DNA of 64,000 nucleotides from Bacillota bacterium (GTDB lineage Bacteria; Bacillota; Clostridia; Christensenellales; CAMQZB01): NCBI GenBank assembly GCA_044426085.1, contig JAWXUU010000001.1, positions 15,084 to 79,083 of the forward strand, read 5' to 3'. Shown piece by piece: positions 55,601 to 64,000 of this stretch (position 1 is its first letter; each line of letters starts with the position of its first letter). The notes under the pieces were generated by a model. It saw only the letters and a program-made list of their open reading frames with translations, ran no database searches and was not told where the DNA came from. The position numbers and the translations under genes were made by a program.

Positions 55601-58379
55601 GCGACATTATTTCTCCAGTAGACATATTTGTGATAGTCACGCTGCCATCAACCATATCACCCCATGAAACAACTACATCGCTGTTATATGCGTGATATGA
55701 AGGAGTTGTTTGCGATTCACCGTATTCTAGCGATTCACCATCAAAATACACATCAATATCAACTGTTCCAATGTTTACAGTAAAAGTCATGGAATTGCCA
55801 CTTCTGTCATAAATGGAAATTGTATATTCACCGCTCTCTATTAGCACTGGCATTTCTTCATCTAAAAGTCTGTACCACTCTGTACCATTTTGAGATTTTA
55901 CTCTCACCATAGCTTGAGGATCTATATCCTCAAGGCTTGTTATCTTGAATGATTCATACGTGAATACCCCACTGTCTAGCTCTGCTTTGGTTAAAATTAC
56001 ATCTTGTATAAGCCCGTTATAATTGGATATCTCTGCTGTGATAGAACTAAGCTCGTTATCATAGTAGATATAATAAACAGAGCTATTACCCACATCATCC
56101 GTTTCCGTGATTTTATAAAGACCACCACCTGAAACAGTCAAAATATCATTGATGTTGCTCTTATATTCCAATTCATAGCACTCACCTGTTGCGACATATT
56201 CCATAACTACTGAAACGCTGTCTACACTGACAAATTTATAACTATTAACAAGATAAGCCTCCACGCCATCAACGCTTACCACGCTGTTATACATATCTTC
56301 ATATATCTTTGATGATGAAAGTTTGCTTTCATTGAAAACTCCAGTCTTGATTTCACTAGCAAGCAATTCTTTCAGCATTTCCTGCAAGTTCTCTAACGAG
56401 AAATAGCATATATATGTATTGCCTTCGTAGTATTTATAGTAAGTTCCACTTATTGGAACTTCACCATCCGCTAAGTTTTCCGCAAACACATCCACGTTAT
56501 TCCAATATGCCTTTGTCACCATGTTTTCCATAGCATATTCAAGAAAAGCTGTTTCCGCATTTTCATAGAGTGCATAATATATTCCGTTGATTTCAAAATA
56601 TCTTGATAGATAATAATCTGAATTGTTTTCAAGTTGTTGCACGTTATATTTTGGAAACTCTTTATCAATCGTTACTGTGCAAGACTTTATATTGTCGCCG
56701 AGATAATCTGATGAAGTGATTTTATAGCTCACCACACTGTCATATTCTGCTGTCAAAATATAATTTCCTGCTGTTTCACCTGACATAAGGATTTCTTCAC
56801 CTGTTGTGAGGTTTTTTACAATTACATGAGCTTTTTTAGTGGCTAACCATGAAAGCTCTACATCTCTATTGAATGATAGAACGCTCTCTTCTGTGAGTTC
56901 ACCATCTATGTATATATCGGGCGTTTGATAGCCACACATAACTTTTACACATGATTGATTCCCTGCTATATCTGTGATTACAAACAAATATTCAGTGTTT
57001 TGCACCCCAACAATCTCACTGCCAAGCACATAATCCACTTCTGCGCCGTAAAATTGCATTTTAACTGTCGCATCCGTATCATCAGTTGTCACTTTGAAAA
57101 CTTCGTTTGGCGATATGATTAAAACAGCTTCATCATCATACCCATTTGAACCTTGCCAATAGTCTTGCCACTCATCATCCACAAAATATGAAAGATAAAT
57201 TTCAGGGATTGTTTTATCAATAATCACTTGATAATATAAACTCTCTCCACCAGAGCTACCACTCACACCTTCCTTATTTTGCGTTACCACTTCAAATGAA
57301 ATTGTATAGTCATCTTCACAAGCAAAATTCATGCTTTTTATGTTCAGATTGTTATAATCTGAATATGTCACCACACTATCGTTGATTGTTACTTGACCGC
57401 CCTCATCATTGATTTCCCAAGACAAAAGGCAATCTTCATTCAAATAAATCATCGTGGGGCTTGTCTCAGTTCCGCCTTTATAGACATAGCCGTTGAATTT
57501 TACAGTAGGTGCAGAGTCTGGAACATACACTTCTTCAGACCCACCACATACACTGCAATCTACCTCACCTGTTTCATCACAAGTGTCGCAATCTACTTTG
57601 CCATTCACACAATATCTGCAATCATACCAACCGTTCACACACTCAGGACAATCTAATTTCCCATCATCACAAAGTGAACAGTATGCATTGCCATCACCTG
57701 TGTAGTAACCGCCCTTTGCATCACAGTCCTCACACAAAAATGGACCCATGACTTCGATATATCCAGTTCCCGCTTTGCTTGTAGCAGAGTTCATTCTTTC
57801 GCCGTTGCCCCCACAAGTTGTACAGCTAAAATTCTCTCCTGATATTGAGGATGTGTACCACCCTTTACCATCACAATCACTGCATATTTGTTGTTTACTG
57901 GCAATTACAAAATCACCATCACACGTTTCGCAAACAACCCAATCGTTCTTTCCATCTCCACCACATGAATCACAATCTAACTCACCTGTTTGGTCGCAAT
58001 CATAGCACTTACGTTCACCGTCATAGCAGAATGATTTCGTGCAATAATACCAACCTTTTCCATTACAGTCATCGCAATCAACTCTGCCGCCATCACACGC
58101 TGTACAAGTGACCATTGCCATAAGCTGAATATCTTCTAATCCACCAAAATCTATGAGTGTTTGAATTTCATCAAGACATATAGTATCGAAACAATGCTCA
58201 TGATTATCTATGCATTCATCTTCATTGCAATCTTCGCAACCAACCACACTGCACGTATGCTCTTGCGTTACTGTACTTGCTTGAACTTGAATACTTGGCA
58301 ATATAAAAGTTGATAGCATAACAATGAGCAGAAATAGCGATATTCTAACGATTCTTTTTCTGTTTTTAAATTTCCCCAT
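52662..58379 (-). CDS. Giant (1905 aa) secreted, C-terminally anchored surface protein with an N-terminal Cys-rich region and internal tandem duplication; probable mating adhesin
   Basis: Signal peptide. Aa 42-285 are packed with CxxCxGxG-type motifs, followed by beta-rich repeats. The C-terminus has a hydrophobic helix plus RRRRIRFK. Confidence 0.7.
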   Translation of the reverse strand: MGKFKNRKRIVRISLFLLIVMLSTFILPSIQVQASTVTQEHTCSVVGCEDCNEDECIDNHEHCFDTICLDEIQTLIDFGGLEDIQLMAMVTCTACDGGRVDCDDCNGKGWYYCTKSFCYDGERKCYDCDQTGELDCDSCGGDGKNDWVVCETCDGDFVIASKQQICSDCDGKGWYTSSISGENFSCTTCGGNGERMNSATSKAGTGYIEVMGPFLCEDCDAKGGYYTGDGNAYCSLCDDGKLDCPECVNGWYDCRYCVNGKVDCDTCDETGEVDCSVCGGSEEVYVPDSAPTVKFNGYVYKGGTETSPTMIYLNEDCLLSWEINDEGGQVTINDSVVTYSDYNNLNIKSMNFACEDDYTISFEVVTQNKEGVSGSSGGESLYYQVIIDKTIPEIYLSYFVDDEWQDYWQGSNGYDDEAVLIISPNEVFKVTTDDTDATVKMQFYGAEVDYVLGSEIVGVQNTEYLFVITDIAGNQSCVKVMCGYQTPDIYIDGELTEESVLSFNRDVELSWLATKKAHVIVKNLTTGEEILMSGETAGNYILTAEYDSVVSYKITSSDYLGDNIKSCTVTIDKEFPKYNVQQLENNSDYYLSRYFEINGIYYALYENAETAFLEYAMENMVTKAYWNNVDVFAENLADGEVPISGTYYKYYEGNTYICYFSLENLQEMLKELLASEIKTGVFNESKLSSSKIYEDMYNSVVSVDGVEAYLVNSYKFVSVDSVSVVMEYVATGECYELEYKSNINDILTVSGGGLYKITETDDVGNSSVYYIYYDNELSSITAEISNYNGLIQDVILTKAELDSGVFTYESFKITSLEDIDPQAMVRVKSQNGTEWYRLLDEEMPVLIESGEYTISIYDRSGNSMTFTVNIGTVDIDVYFDGESLEYGESQTTPSYHAYNSDVVVSWGDMVDGSVTITNMSTGEIMSQSTLQAGTFDLSADENSEVTYQIVVDNTNKNTKKYYTIKIDKKAPSYNQEQINLKSVYHVSKYFGINGMYYASYENAEAAYIEYAMNSMVVSATWNSVDVFAEILAEGEVVSSGTYYKFYEGKTYTCYFSLENLHGKFKEMFADTVSAEYFNGSLLSSSKMFADMHSKTIEINGVTAYLLSSYTFASSDSSVITVKNIATGEFYDFSYGTNISSVFAVGGNGLYEIIETDDAGNSSKFYVYCDKEISTIEASVSNYSGSTLDVVFSSEELDNGVFYYESFQITSLNDIDPEAMIKVKSQYGTSWYRLLDEEMPVLTLEDTYTITIYDRSGNAISFTVNIGSENVGVTFAKTTSSVTITLNKTLLTSYEDVWIEYNGYEIMYDKNGTAVNAQTLEYSFGGEGGYRVYLLHNGNTYSYYYEFYAGSPTFSYTSGISGNMAVSNVILEYDKDKYILEILKNGESYTYTQSQTDNIATVNIEYKYINNGEYTLILRHKYSTLTDTNYQSTFLMNVILEPFLVGVDNYGTTTESVQVDWYEEMNVEATISINDSDWETYSKGELIEDVGDYTIKVVTESGRIYSFEFSILEKDKPYTITVGSRITSSVPTVHNSTVKFTMVDSDAMIGVIKDGTKLGSYSWGDTLSSDGEYIVSIYCGDDVYHHYFTIDTTAPIGYLVGVTDGGKTQEIVTFGWTEDNVTVRLQHNGGNSETYEYGEEITDSGFYTITMTDKAGNQTVYTFEIDNLVGISVSVENGLISSTAVWVDTWENLTITITKDGEQIDYSSEISDSGFYTLLAADDYGNEFYTEFVVVTNEMQEFTYTLPSDYEWQMMFFDLVYTQLEGNDISLTSDGHYALTYKNTISGEETTLDVYIDTIPPTVETIGFINGGVAEGKASVIWNEENVVASVAKNDKDFVGYAVGEEISDDGSYVITVSDKAGNTTVVTFSKAWKLNTAGKIATGAGGISLAGVACELARRRRIRFK
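54579..56921 (-). repeat. Tandem duplication of an about 390-aa unit inside the giant surface protein (aa ~487-872 and ~873-1267)
   Basis: Colinear matches include DKEFPKYNVQQ.../DKKAPSYNQEQ..., YFEINGIYYALYENAETAFLEYAM/YFGINGMYYASYENAEAAYIEYAM and WYRLLDEEMPVL in both units. Confidence 0.85.
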
Positions 58380-58418
58380 TTAAGCCTCCTTTGGCTAGAA
58401 ATTTTTAAAAATCTTCAC

Positions 58419-58787
58419 CTATTCAAACCTATCTGCAACATCACAATCATGACATCTGAATGGTCCATAAAGCACTACGTATCCAGTGTTGCTACACGTT
58501 TCACACATCGCACCTTCCTCGCAATAGCCAAACGCACATTCGCAATCGAAACATATAACTTGTTTTTCATCACAAATGCCATCGTCACCACAAGCCTCAC
58601 ACAAAACCCGATTCGACTCAACACTTAGGTCATTTACATAAATGTCTGTTTGATTTACATAAATGTCTTCACAACATTCATCGTGACAAATATCTGCCTC
58701 AGTATTGCTTGTTGCCATTGGTATAAAAATTGCAGCTGCAATAACGAGTATCGTTATTCCAATAATTATTAGTTTTGTTTTATTCAT
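58419..58787 (-). CDS. Small membrane-anchored Cys-rich protein (122 aa)
   Basis: N-terminal TM helix. CEACGDDG and CETCSNTG motifs. LYGPFRCHDCD matches VMGPFLCEDCD in the giant protein. Confidence 0.6.
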   Translation of the reverse strand: MNKTKLIIIGITILVIAAAIFIPMATSNTEADICHDECCEDIYVNQTDIYVNDLSVESNRVLCEACGDDGICDEKQVICFDCECAFGYCEEGAMCETCSNTGYVVLYGPFRCHDCDVADRFE

Positions 58788-60882
58788 CTTTAATAGTCTC
58801 CTTTAACAATCTTTTTATAGTTACAAATTCACTTGAAAGTGCCGTAACAATATGTGTTTTGCCCTCATCTTCCGCTTTATCCATAGCGAGTGCGATGATA
58901 TCTAGCAAACTTTTGTAGTCCTCTTGTGCAAACAATTTTTCTATTATTTCCGCACGTTCAATTTCATATAGCGACACAAATTTTATTACTGTGTTGCTTA
59001 TATATTTTTCTTTCTTTTTCACCTGTTGCACTTCCTGTGATTCATCAAATTCTTCAGGGATTTCAAATCCTTGATTTCCACTTATGTCATAGTAGTTATC
59101 ACTCACATCAAACACCTTTCCACTAGCTCGTTTTATAGCGTATTCCCCCGCTACAAAAATTTTGGACTTGAATATTGGTGTAAACTTTGAAAAAAGTGGC
59201 AGTTTCCCACTCATAAGCACAATGGTGTTCCCCATACTTTTTGGTGGATTATTGAGCTTAGACAGTTGACTTGGATATATCACTGGTCGCTCTTTTGTTG
59301 ACATATTTCCCGTGTAGTCCCCAACTCTGTTTGATGATACTGAAGAACTTGTGACAGTATAGTTTCCACATTTTTTTGAAAATGCTTCAAGCGTGCCTAG
59401 CTCTTTTGAACCAATAAATACTTCGATGTTGCAGTTAGCTTTTATACTTTCTGCTGTTGTCTTGCCATATATCTTTTCAATTTGGTCATACGATTGAACA
59501 ACCAAAACAAAGAAAATCTTTCGTGATCTCGCAACAGCGAGCATATTATCCAGTTTGTTTAGTTGTGGCAGATTGCCAAACTCATCAATTATGAAATAGA
59601 CAGGGCGACTTAGCACTGAGCCTTGATTCCCTCTCGCTTTTCCCACGAGCTCTTTGTATGTTATAGAAAAGAATGCTGAAGCGATATCGTATCTTCCTAC
59701 ACGCTCATCAGGTATTTTCAAAAAGAGCGCCGTTGGAACATCATCGAAAGTTCGCACGTTGACTTTGTTATTTGAAGTCATTGAGCAAATAGAAACGTCT
59801 GAAAACATTGCCATTGCATCTGCAATAACAGTGAAGTAACTTTGCAATGTTCTATCTGTTGTATCTAGTACTTGACTAACTCTTATGCGTGCTTCTGACG
59901 TCTTCGGTCTGTTATAGAAGTATTCCTTAAGCTCTGCACAATCGTTTTGGGTGTTAGCAGACATCATTCTTACCGCCGCAAAATTAAATTTATCCTTTGT
60001 CATGACTGATGATTTGTTTTCGCTATCTTCAAGCATTGCGATAAGTATTGCTTGCAAAAATCTCTGCATACCGCTATCCCAAATCTTGTCTTTTGCGTTT
60101 TCATCAACCTTGAAAAGCGATAGCACCAATTCCCTTATATCGTCATAAACTTCATCGAGAATTTCTAGCCGTTTTTTCTTGTTGTTTGTTTTAAGCATTC
60201 GTTGATATCGTTCGTATATTGGAGTGAGAGGATTCCACCTTGTTGAATTTAGTGGTTGAATAAGGTCGATAAGCTGAATGCTGTATCCAAGCTCAGAAAG
60301 TGGCTGAGAATGCCTTGCAAATAGCTCACCTTTTGGGTCTGAAATAATCATCGAAGGCTTGTCCTTGCACCTGCCCAAAATTTCAATCGTTGGCGATATG
60401 TATGTTTGCGTTTTACCACTTCCCGTGTTACCTATAACCAAAGTGTGAATTGGGTCTGCAAACAATACATCTAGCTTTTTACCCTTCTCGTCTGCTCCAA
60501 CAACTATGCCACTATTTGTGCTAGGCAATTCTTCCAAACTCACTTTCTTATAATTCTCTGCAACCTCTTTTTTTGTCATAAAATGGGAGTTCTCCAGTCC
60601 AACATCAATCAGTTTCGACTGCCCCACACGAGATAGCATTCCACCGTTGAATGATGATATAAGACAGAGCATAAACACCGCATATGTAAGACCAATAGTT
60701 TGCCAGCACCTTATTCCCATAAGGTATCCAAACTTGATTTCTACCGCTTGATATCCTGACTGCAAAAATGATTCAATAACTATTCCAATAAAAATTGAAA
60801 TTATCAAACCAACTACCGCTAAAACAATATTGACTTTAACGTACTTTTTCACATTGTTTTCTCTCCTCCTCTTCTTTATCAT
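58780..60882 (-). CDS. VirD4/TraG/TcpA-type type IV coupling protein with N-terminal TM helices
   Basis: TM helices, Walker A IGNTGSGKTQTYISP, DPKGELF, Walker B YFIIDEFGNLPQL, and SRKIFFVLVVQSYDQIEKIYG. Start is uncertain because of the 47-nt overlap with the relaxase; GTG 60852 is an alternative. Confidence 0.85.
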   Translation of the reverse strand: MIKKRRRENNVKKYVKVNIVLAVVGLIISIFIGIVIESFLQSGYQAVEIKFGYLMGIRCWQTIGLTYAVFMLCLISSFNGGMLSRVGQSKLIDVGLENSHFMTKKEVAENYKKVSLEELPSTNSGIVVGADEKGKKLDVLFADPIHTLVIGNTGSGKTQTYISPTIEILGRCKDKPSMIISDPKGELFARHSQPLSELGYSIQLIDLIQPLNSTRWNPLTPIYERYQRMLKTNNKKKRLEILDEVYDDIRELVLSLFKVDENAKDKIWDSGMQRFLQAILIAMLEDSENKSSVMTKDKFNFAAVRMMSANTQNDCAELKEYFYNRPKTSEARIRVSQVLDTTDRTLQSYFTVIADAMAMFSDVSICSMTSNNKVNVRTFDDVPTALFLKIPDERVGRYDIASAFFSITYKELVGKARGNQGSVLSRPVYFIIDEFGNLPQLNKLDNMLAVARSRKIFFVLVVQSYDQIEKIYGKTTAESIKANCNIEVFIGSKELGTLEAFSKKCGNYTVTSSSVSSNRVGDYTGNMSTKERPVIYPSQLSKLNNPPKSMGNTIVLMSGKLPLFSKFTPIFKSKIFVAGEYAIKRASGKVFDVSDNYYDISGNQGFEIPEEFDESQEVQQVKKKEKYISNTVIKFVSLYEIERAEIIEKLFAQEDYKSLLDIIALAMDKAEDEGKTHIVTALSSEFVTIKRLLKETIKDE

Positions 60883-62149
60883 TCAGTATTTTGAGCCAGT
60901 GGAAGTTCTTCTTTATATGCTCGGCATTGTTTTCACGCAAAATCCATTTGAATGCTTTGTATGTGATTTTTGAAAGTCCTTTTTTTATCATTCGCACAGA
61001 TGCTGACTTTTGTTTTGAACTTCTCTCGCTTGCGTATACAACATCTATTTTTTCCTTGCAAAAATCAATGTTATCCCTCACTTCTTCACAGCCTTGCAAA
61101 ACAATTCCGCCCATTCGCTTGAATAAATCTTGCCTGAAAGTCTCCGACTTACTCTGCAACGCTTCACGTTTGTTTCTCGCCTTATCAAAAGAGTTCATCT
61201 CCCTTTCTGCTTCTGCTAGTTTTGAAAAAGTCTTTATATAATGATTTTTTATTTCATCATCAGACCTTATAATCTTCATAGAAAAGTCATCCACCATTTT
61301 CTTTTGAAACGGATTCAAATCCTTATACTTAGTACCTTTTTTTAGATTCAGGCTAGTTACCAAAGTCTTGAAATCTTTGAACAGTTTTCCATTCTCTGAA
61401 ACATCTTTGAAATCACTTTTTAGATAATCCATAATCTTATCTCTTGTGTCATATAGATTGATTTGACTGAATGTGAAGTATCTGAAAAATGATTGCTTGA
61501 GATAGTCAATTTCCTGCTCTCTCACATTGCCTTTGAATGTGTATTTAGTTGTGCCGTCCTTCATCTTTCTGAACGGTGCTTTTTCATAAAAGGTATAGTG
61601 GATGTGAAAATTATCAGTGTTTTCATGGAGCGAACCTAGCCATTCGATATTTTTTGAACTGAGATGTGTACTATCTAAAAACTTGTCAAACACATTCTTC
61701 ATTGAGTTATATGCTTGGGTGGATGTTGAACAGTGTTTGCTTCCAAAATCCTTTTCAAAAGTAATAACACCGCTCCAAATATTCCCACCATTTTGCTTGA
61801 GTGCTTCTCTATGTTTTTGTTTACGCTCTTCTGACAGCATTCCTCCTCTATCAAAAAGCCCCGTCGACCTTTCTTGCTTATTTCTCGTTTGCTTTTTCTT
61901 ATCATCCATATAATCGACATAAGACTTCTTTGTGTTATTTGGCACGCTATCACCTCTTGTCGCTTCAAGATAGTATCCGTAATCTTTAGGTGAACCCGTT
62001 TCCATATATGCCAAATGACTGTTCTTGCTATTGCAAGTGAAGAATGCTCTCTTCTTTTCCCATGATGAAACATCACTTTTTTGATTTAACGAACGTGGCT
62101 CGGGCGGTGTAAAGTTAAAGAAAAAGTTAATTTCATTACCGCTTGCCAT
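60836..62149 (-). CDS. Conjugative relaxase (3-His motif class)
   Basis: LHENTDNFHIHYTF matches the HxDx(D/E)..HxH relaxase metal-binding motif. The gene lies after an RHH gene and before the T4CP. Confidence 0.65.
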   Translation of the reverse strand: MASGNEINFFFNFTPPEPRSLNQKSDVSSWEKKRAFFTCNSKNSHLAYMETGSPKDYGYYLEATRGDSVPNNTKKSYVDYMDDKKKQTRNKQERSTGLFDRGGMLSEERKQKHREALKQNGGNIWSGVITFEKDFGSKHCSTSTQAYNSMKNVFDKFLDSTHLSSKNIEWLGSLHENTDNFHIHYTFYEKAPFRKMKDGTTKYTFKGNVREQEIDYLKQSFFRYFTFSQINLYDTRDKIMDYLKSDFKDVSENGKLFKDFKTLVTSLNLKKGTKYKDLNPFQKKMVDDFSMKIIRSDDEIKNHYIKTFSKLAEAEREMNSFDKARNKREALQSKSETFRQDLFKRMGGIVLQGCEEVRDNIDFCKEKIDVVYASERSSKQKSASVRMIKKGLSKITYKAFKWILRENNAEHIKKNFHWLKILNDKEEEERKQCEKVR

Positions 62150-62163
62150 ATTTCACCTCGCCT

Positions 62164-62580
62164 TTATCTCACTTGCCTACCTTTATATGTCAACAAGTCC
62201 AACATTTCCTCAAACCGCTCAGGCAAAGCATCATGCAATCCACATTCTATTGCTCTACCATCCACGCTCTCGCCATCTGCCATTTGCATTATCACGTTAT
62301 AGATGACACACAGCATTTTTGTTTGTATTTGATTGTCAATCGCTACGTTTTTCATTCCACCTATAACTTCACGAGAGGATTCACGAGTTGTTGCTGTAAG
62401 CTCTTGAATTAACGTTTCTTCAGATTCAATTTTATTTATCTCTTTTGCGTATAATTTATCTACATTTGCTTCACAAAGTGTCAGACAAATTGAAGAAAAC
62501 GTCTTCCCTTGCTTTCTTGCGATAGCTTCTATCTTTTCTATGATTTCTTGGTCATATATTCTTATTCCAACTCTTTTCAT
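62164..62580 (-). CDS. Ribbon-helix-helix type relaxosome accessory protein (MobC-like role)
   Basis: N-terminal MKRVGIRIYDQEIIEKIEAIARKQGKTFSSI is an RHH pattern. ATGA overlap with the upstream gene. Confidence 0.5.
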   Translation of the reverse strand: MKRVGIRIYDQEIIEKIEAIARKQGKTFSSICLTLCEANVDKLYAKEINKIESEETLIQELTATTRESSREVIGGMKNVAIDNQIQTKMLCVIYNVIMQMADGESVDGRAIECGLHDALPERFEEMLDLLTYKGRQVR

Positions 62581-64000
62581 ACACTTATCGCCTTGCCTCC
62601 TTTGGATTGGTTAATATTTAATGCCTTTGATATTTGCAATGCAAAATCCTTAGCGGATATTTCCACACAGTTATCACCTTTAGTGAGTTTGAAAGCAAAT
62701 TCATCGGTGAAGCTCAGCTTAAAAGACAGCATATTATCTTTTGAAGTGCTATCTCTTTTCACGAGCTTATTGGGATGATAAAATTGATATCCTTCAAAGT
62801 CACTTCCTTTTGGCATTTCAAACAGCGTTGCCTTGCTACATTTCTTTATGCAATTTGTTTCATTCATACAAAGGGAGTTCCACGTTTTTGTTTCGCCTTT
62901 CTCTTTTGTACGTGCATTTTGTACGGACATTTGTTCATTATCATCTTGTACGTACGTTTCAGCATTTTGCAGCCGCAAATCTATTCCTAAGTTCTTTGCG
63001 TGTTTGTCGATAAAGTTTGTTATCACTGTCGCATCCTTGATTGCCATAAACAGCTCTTTTGGATTTTCTTTGATAGTTTTATGCCAACTCTTGATATATG
63101 CACTGTGGTTTTTTATATGGTCTTCACTAACTTGCAAATCGTATGAACTTGCCATGAACATTGAAGATATTTCAGCACGCAACTCTTCTTTTGCATACTC
63201 TTCTTTGCTAGGCTTAGCAATCCCGTTGAATCGTCCTAGTCTAGTGCTATGCCCCGTTGAATGAGCCATCTCGTGAACCGCTGTTGCATAGAAGTCATAA
63301 TCTGTATCAAAGGTGCTTTTAAGTGGAATATGTATGTAGTCTGCTTGCGGTCTATAATATGCATTAGGACCTCCATATTTAATTTCGCAACACCAATTAT
63401 CCATGAGCTTATCCAGTGCTTGATTTTGTGCATCTGTCATTTCTGATGTCACTTTTGCAGCTTTGATAGGTGGCATTCCCTCAACATCATCAGCAGAATA
63501 AACTTGCGAAAACCGCATGATTGTTTGCAAATTATCACGTTGCCACTGCTTTGCTTCTTCAAAAGTCATCCCTTTTGTCGCTTCTTCAAAATCTTCATAC
63601 GTCACTTCTTTTTTTGTTTCAACGTTAATAATTCTGAAAAATTCAATAGGTATTCCTTGCGAACCTTTCTTGATTTTCCAATTACGATCGCTCGCTTGTT
63701 TGAATGTGCAATAACGTGGGTCTTCCCTTTCGTTTAACATTTGGTCAAAACTCAATATGAAGTTATTCACTCCGTTATATGGCTTATGAGATATTGCATT
63801 TTGTGGTTGCAAATTCAGCCAACCTTGCTTCCATATTGAATTCCCATTTTCAAGCTCTTGCAGAACTTTTTCAACTATCGCTCTTCTAGGTTTAGAAAGA
63901 GAATCAAGCACAGATTTTCCACTGCTGTCAAGTTCGCTGTTTTGTGCCGGCTTATCGCTTGCCAAAACATCTTCTTGAATTGGCTTATGCGAAAAAAACT
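62577..64000 (-). CDS. ardC: ArdC-like protein (ssDNA-binding N-domain plus zincin metallopeptidase), probably extending beyond the window
   Basis: SIWKQGWLNLQPQNAISHKPYNGVNNFIL (ArdC-N), and YATAVHEMAHSTGHSTRLGR (HExxH). The frame stays open from 63965 to base 64000 and no RBS precedes the TTG at 63965. Confidence 0.75.
   Translation of the reverse strand, partial: FFSHKPIQEDVLASDKPAQNSELDSSGKSVLDSLSKPRRAIVEKVLQELENGNSIWKQGWLNLQPQNAISHKPYNGVNNFILSFDQMLNEREDPRYCTFKQASDRNWKIKKGSQGIPIEFFRIINVETKKEVTYEDFEEATKGMTFEEAKQWQRDNLQTIMRFSQVYSADDVEGMPPIKAAKVTSEMTDAQNQALDKLMDNWCCEIKYGGPNAYYRPQADYIHIPLKSTFDTDYDFYATAVHEMAHSTGHSTRLGRFNGIAKPSKEEYAKEELRAEISSMFMASSYDLQVSEDHIKNHSAYIKSWHKTIKENPKELFMAIKDATVITNFIDKHAKNLGIDLRLQNAETYVQDDNEQMSVQNARTKEKGETKTWNSLCMNETNCIKKCSKATLFEMPKGSDFEGYQFYHPNKLVKRDSTSKDNMLSFKLSFTDEFAFKLTKGDNCVEISAKDFALQISKALNINQSKGGKAISV

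Larger units (their letters stand above)
4194..64000. mobile_element. Segment of a conjugative element (ICE or conjugative plasmid); neither boundary nor an integrase is visible in the window
   Basis: Relaxase, RHH accessory protein, ArdC-like protein, two VirD4-like coupling proteins, VirB4, VirB6-like protein, prim-pol, SSB, TA module and R-M cargo are all present. The left limit is arbitrary: the promoter at 4041-4069 starts a separate operon. Confidence 0.75.

Noticed and set aside
54579-56921. Repeat pair in the giant protein as a diversity-generating retroelement template/variable repeat.
   Set aside because: No reverse transcriptase is present in the window. Both copies are in-frame coding units of the same protein, and the divergence is spread over about 390 aa rather than a short C-terminal VR.
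62149-62164. oriT next to the relaxase and RHH genes.
   Set aside because: The gaps in the MOB module are only a few nucleotides and contain no inverted repeat. The position of oriT cannot be assigned from this window; candidates are the structured gaps at 42.85-43.3 kb and 39.45-39.9 kb, or sequence beyond 64 kb.
1-64000. CRISPR arrays, tRNA or rRNA genes, IS elements and integrases.
   Set aside because: No regularly spaced direct repeats were found, and no cloverleaf-like GC-rich segments or rRNA-like conserved blocks. No transposase or recombinase motif was seen in any ORF.

Overview
AT-rich, Firmicutes-like sequence, almost entirely coding. Most genes lie on the minus strand in long co-directional arrays. 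I found no rRNA, tRNA, CRISPR array, transposase or integrase.

The window reads as a segment of a Gram-positive conjugative element (ICE or plasmid) whose ends lie outside it. From right to left it contains:

1. **MOB module (about 60.8-64 kb):** an ArdC-like protein, an RHH accessory protein and a 3-His relaxase.
2. **FATA-type T4SS (about 45.7-60.9 kb):** a membrane T4CP, VirB4, a VirB6-like giant, a VirB2-like protein and a 1905-aa surface protein.
3. **Replication genes:** an AEP prim-pol and an SSB.
4. **Small plus-strand gene block** with a HigB/HigA toxin-antitoxin cassette.
5. **Defence island (28.8-39.4 kb):** an SNF2 helicase and a Type III R-M interrupted by accessory genes.
6. **Regulatory pair:** an XRE regulator and a Rel-family HD-TGS protein.
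7. **Toxin-like cluster (18-24.2 kb):** two cytolysin (CDC)-like lipoproteins flanking an M6-like metalloprotease.
8. **Unusual array (4.2-17.9 kb):** a membrane GrpE-like protein, an Hsp70-like protein, a ClpB-D2-like AAA+, a soluble VirD4-like ATPase, LRR and Sel1 scaffolds, a metallophosphoesterase, and three proteins carrying FtsK-gamma winged helices. Two of those three are FtsZ-fold proteins and one is FtsK-like, and all three have eroded NTPase motifs. I consider this array the strongest candidate for an undescribed system.
9. **Left edge:** a separately promoted operon of a MurA-NUDIX fusion, a MurB paralog and an unknown protein.

All family calls come from motif-level reading of the translations and from recalled family consensus. 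None has been checked against a database.
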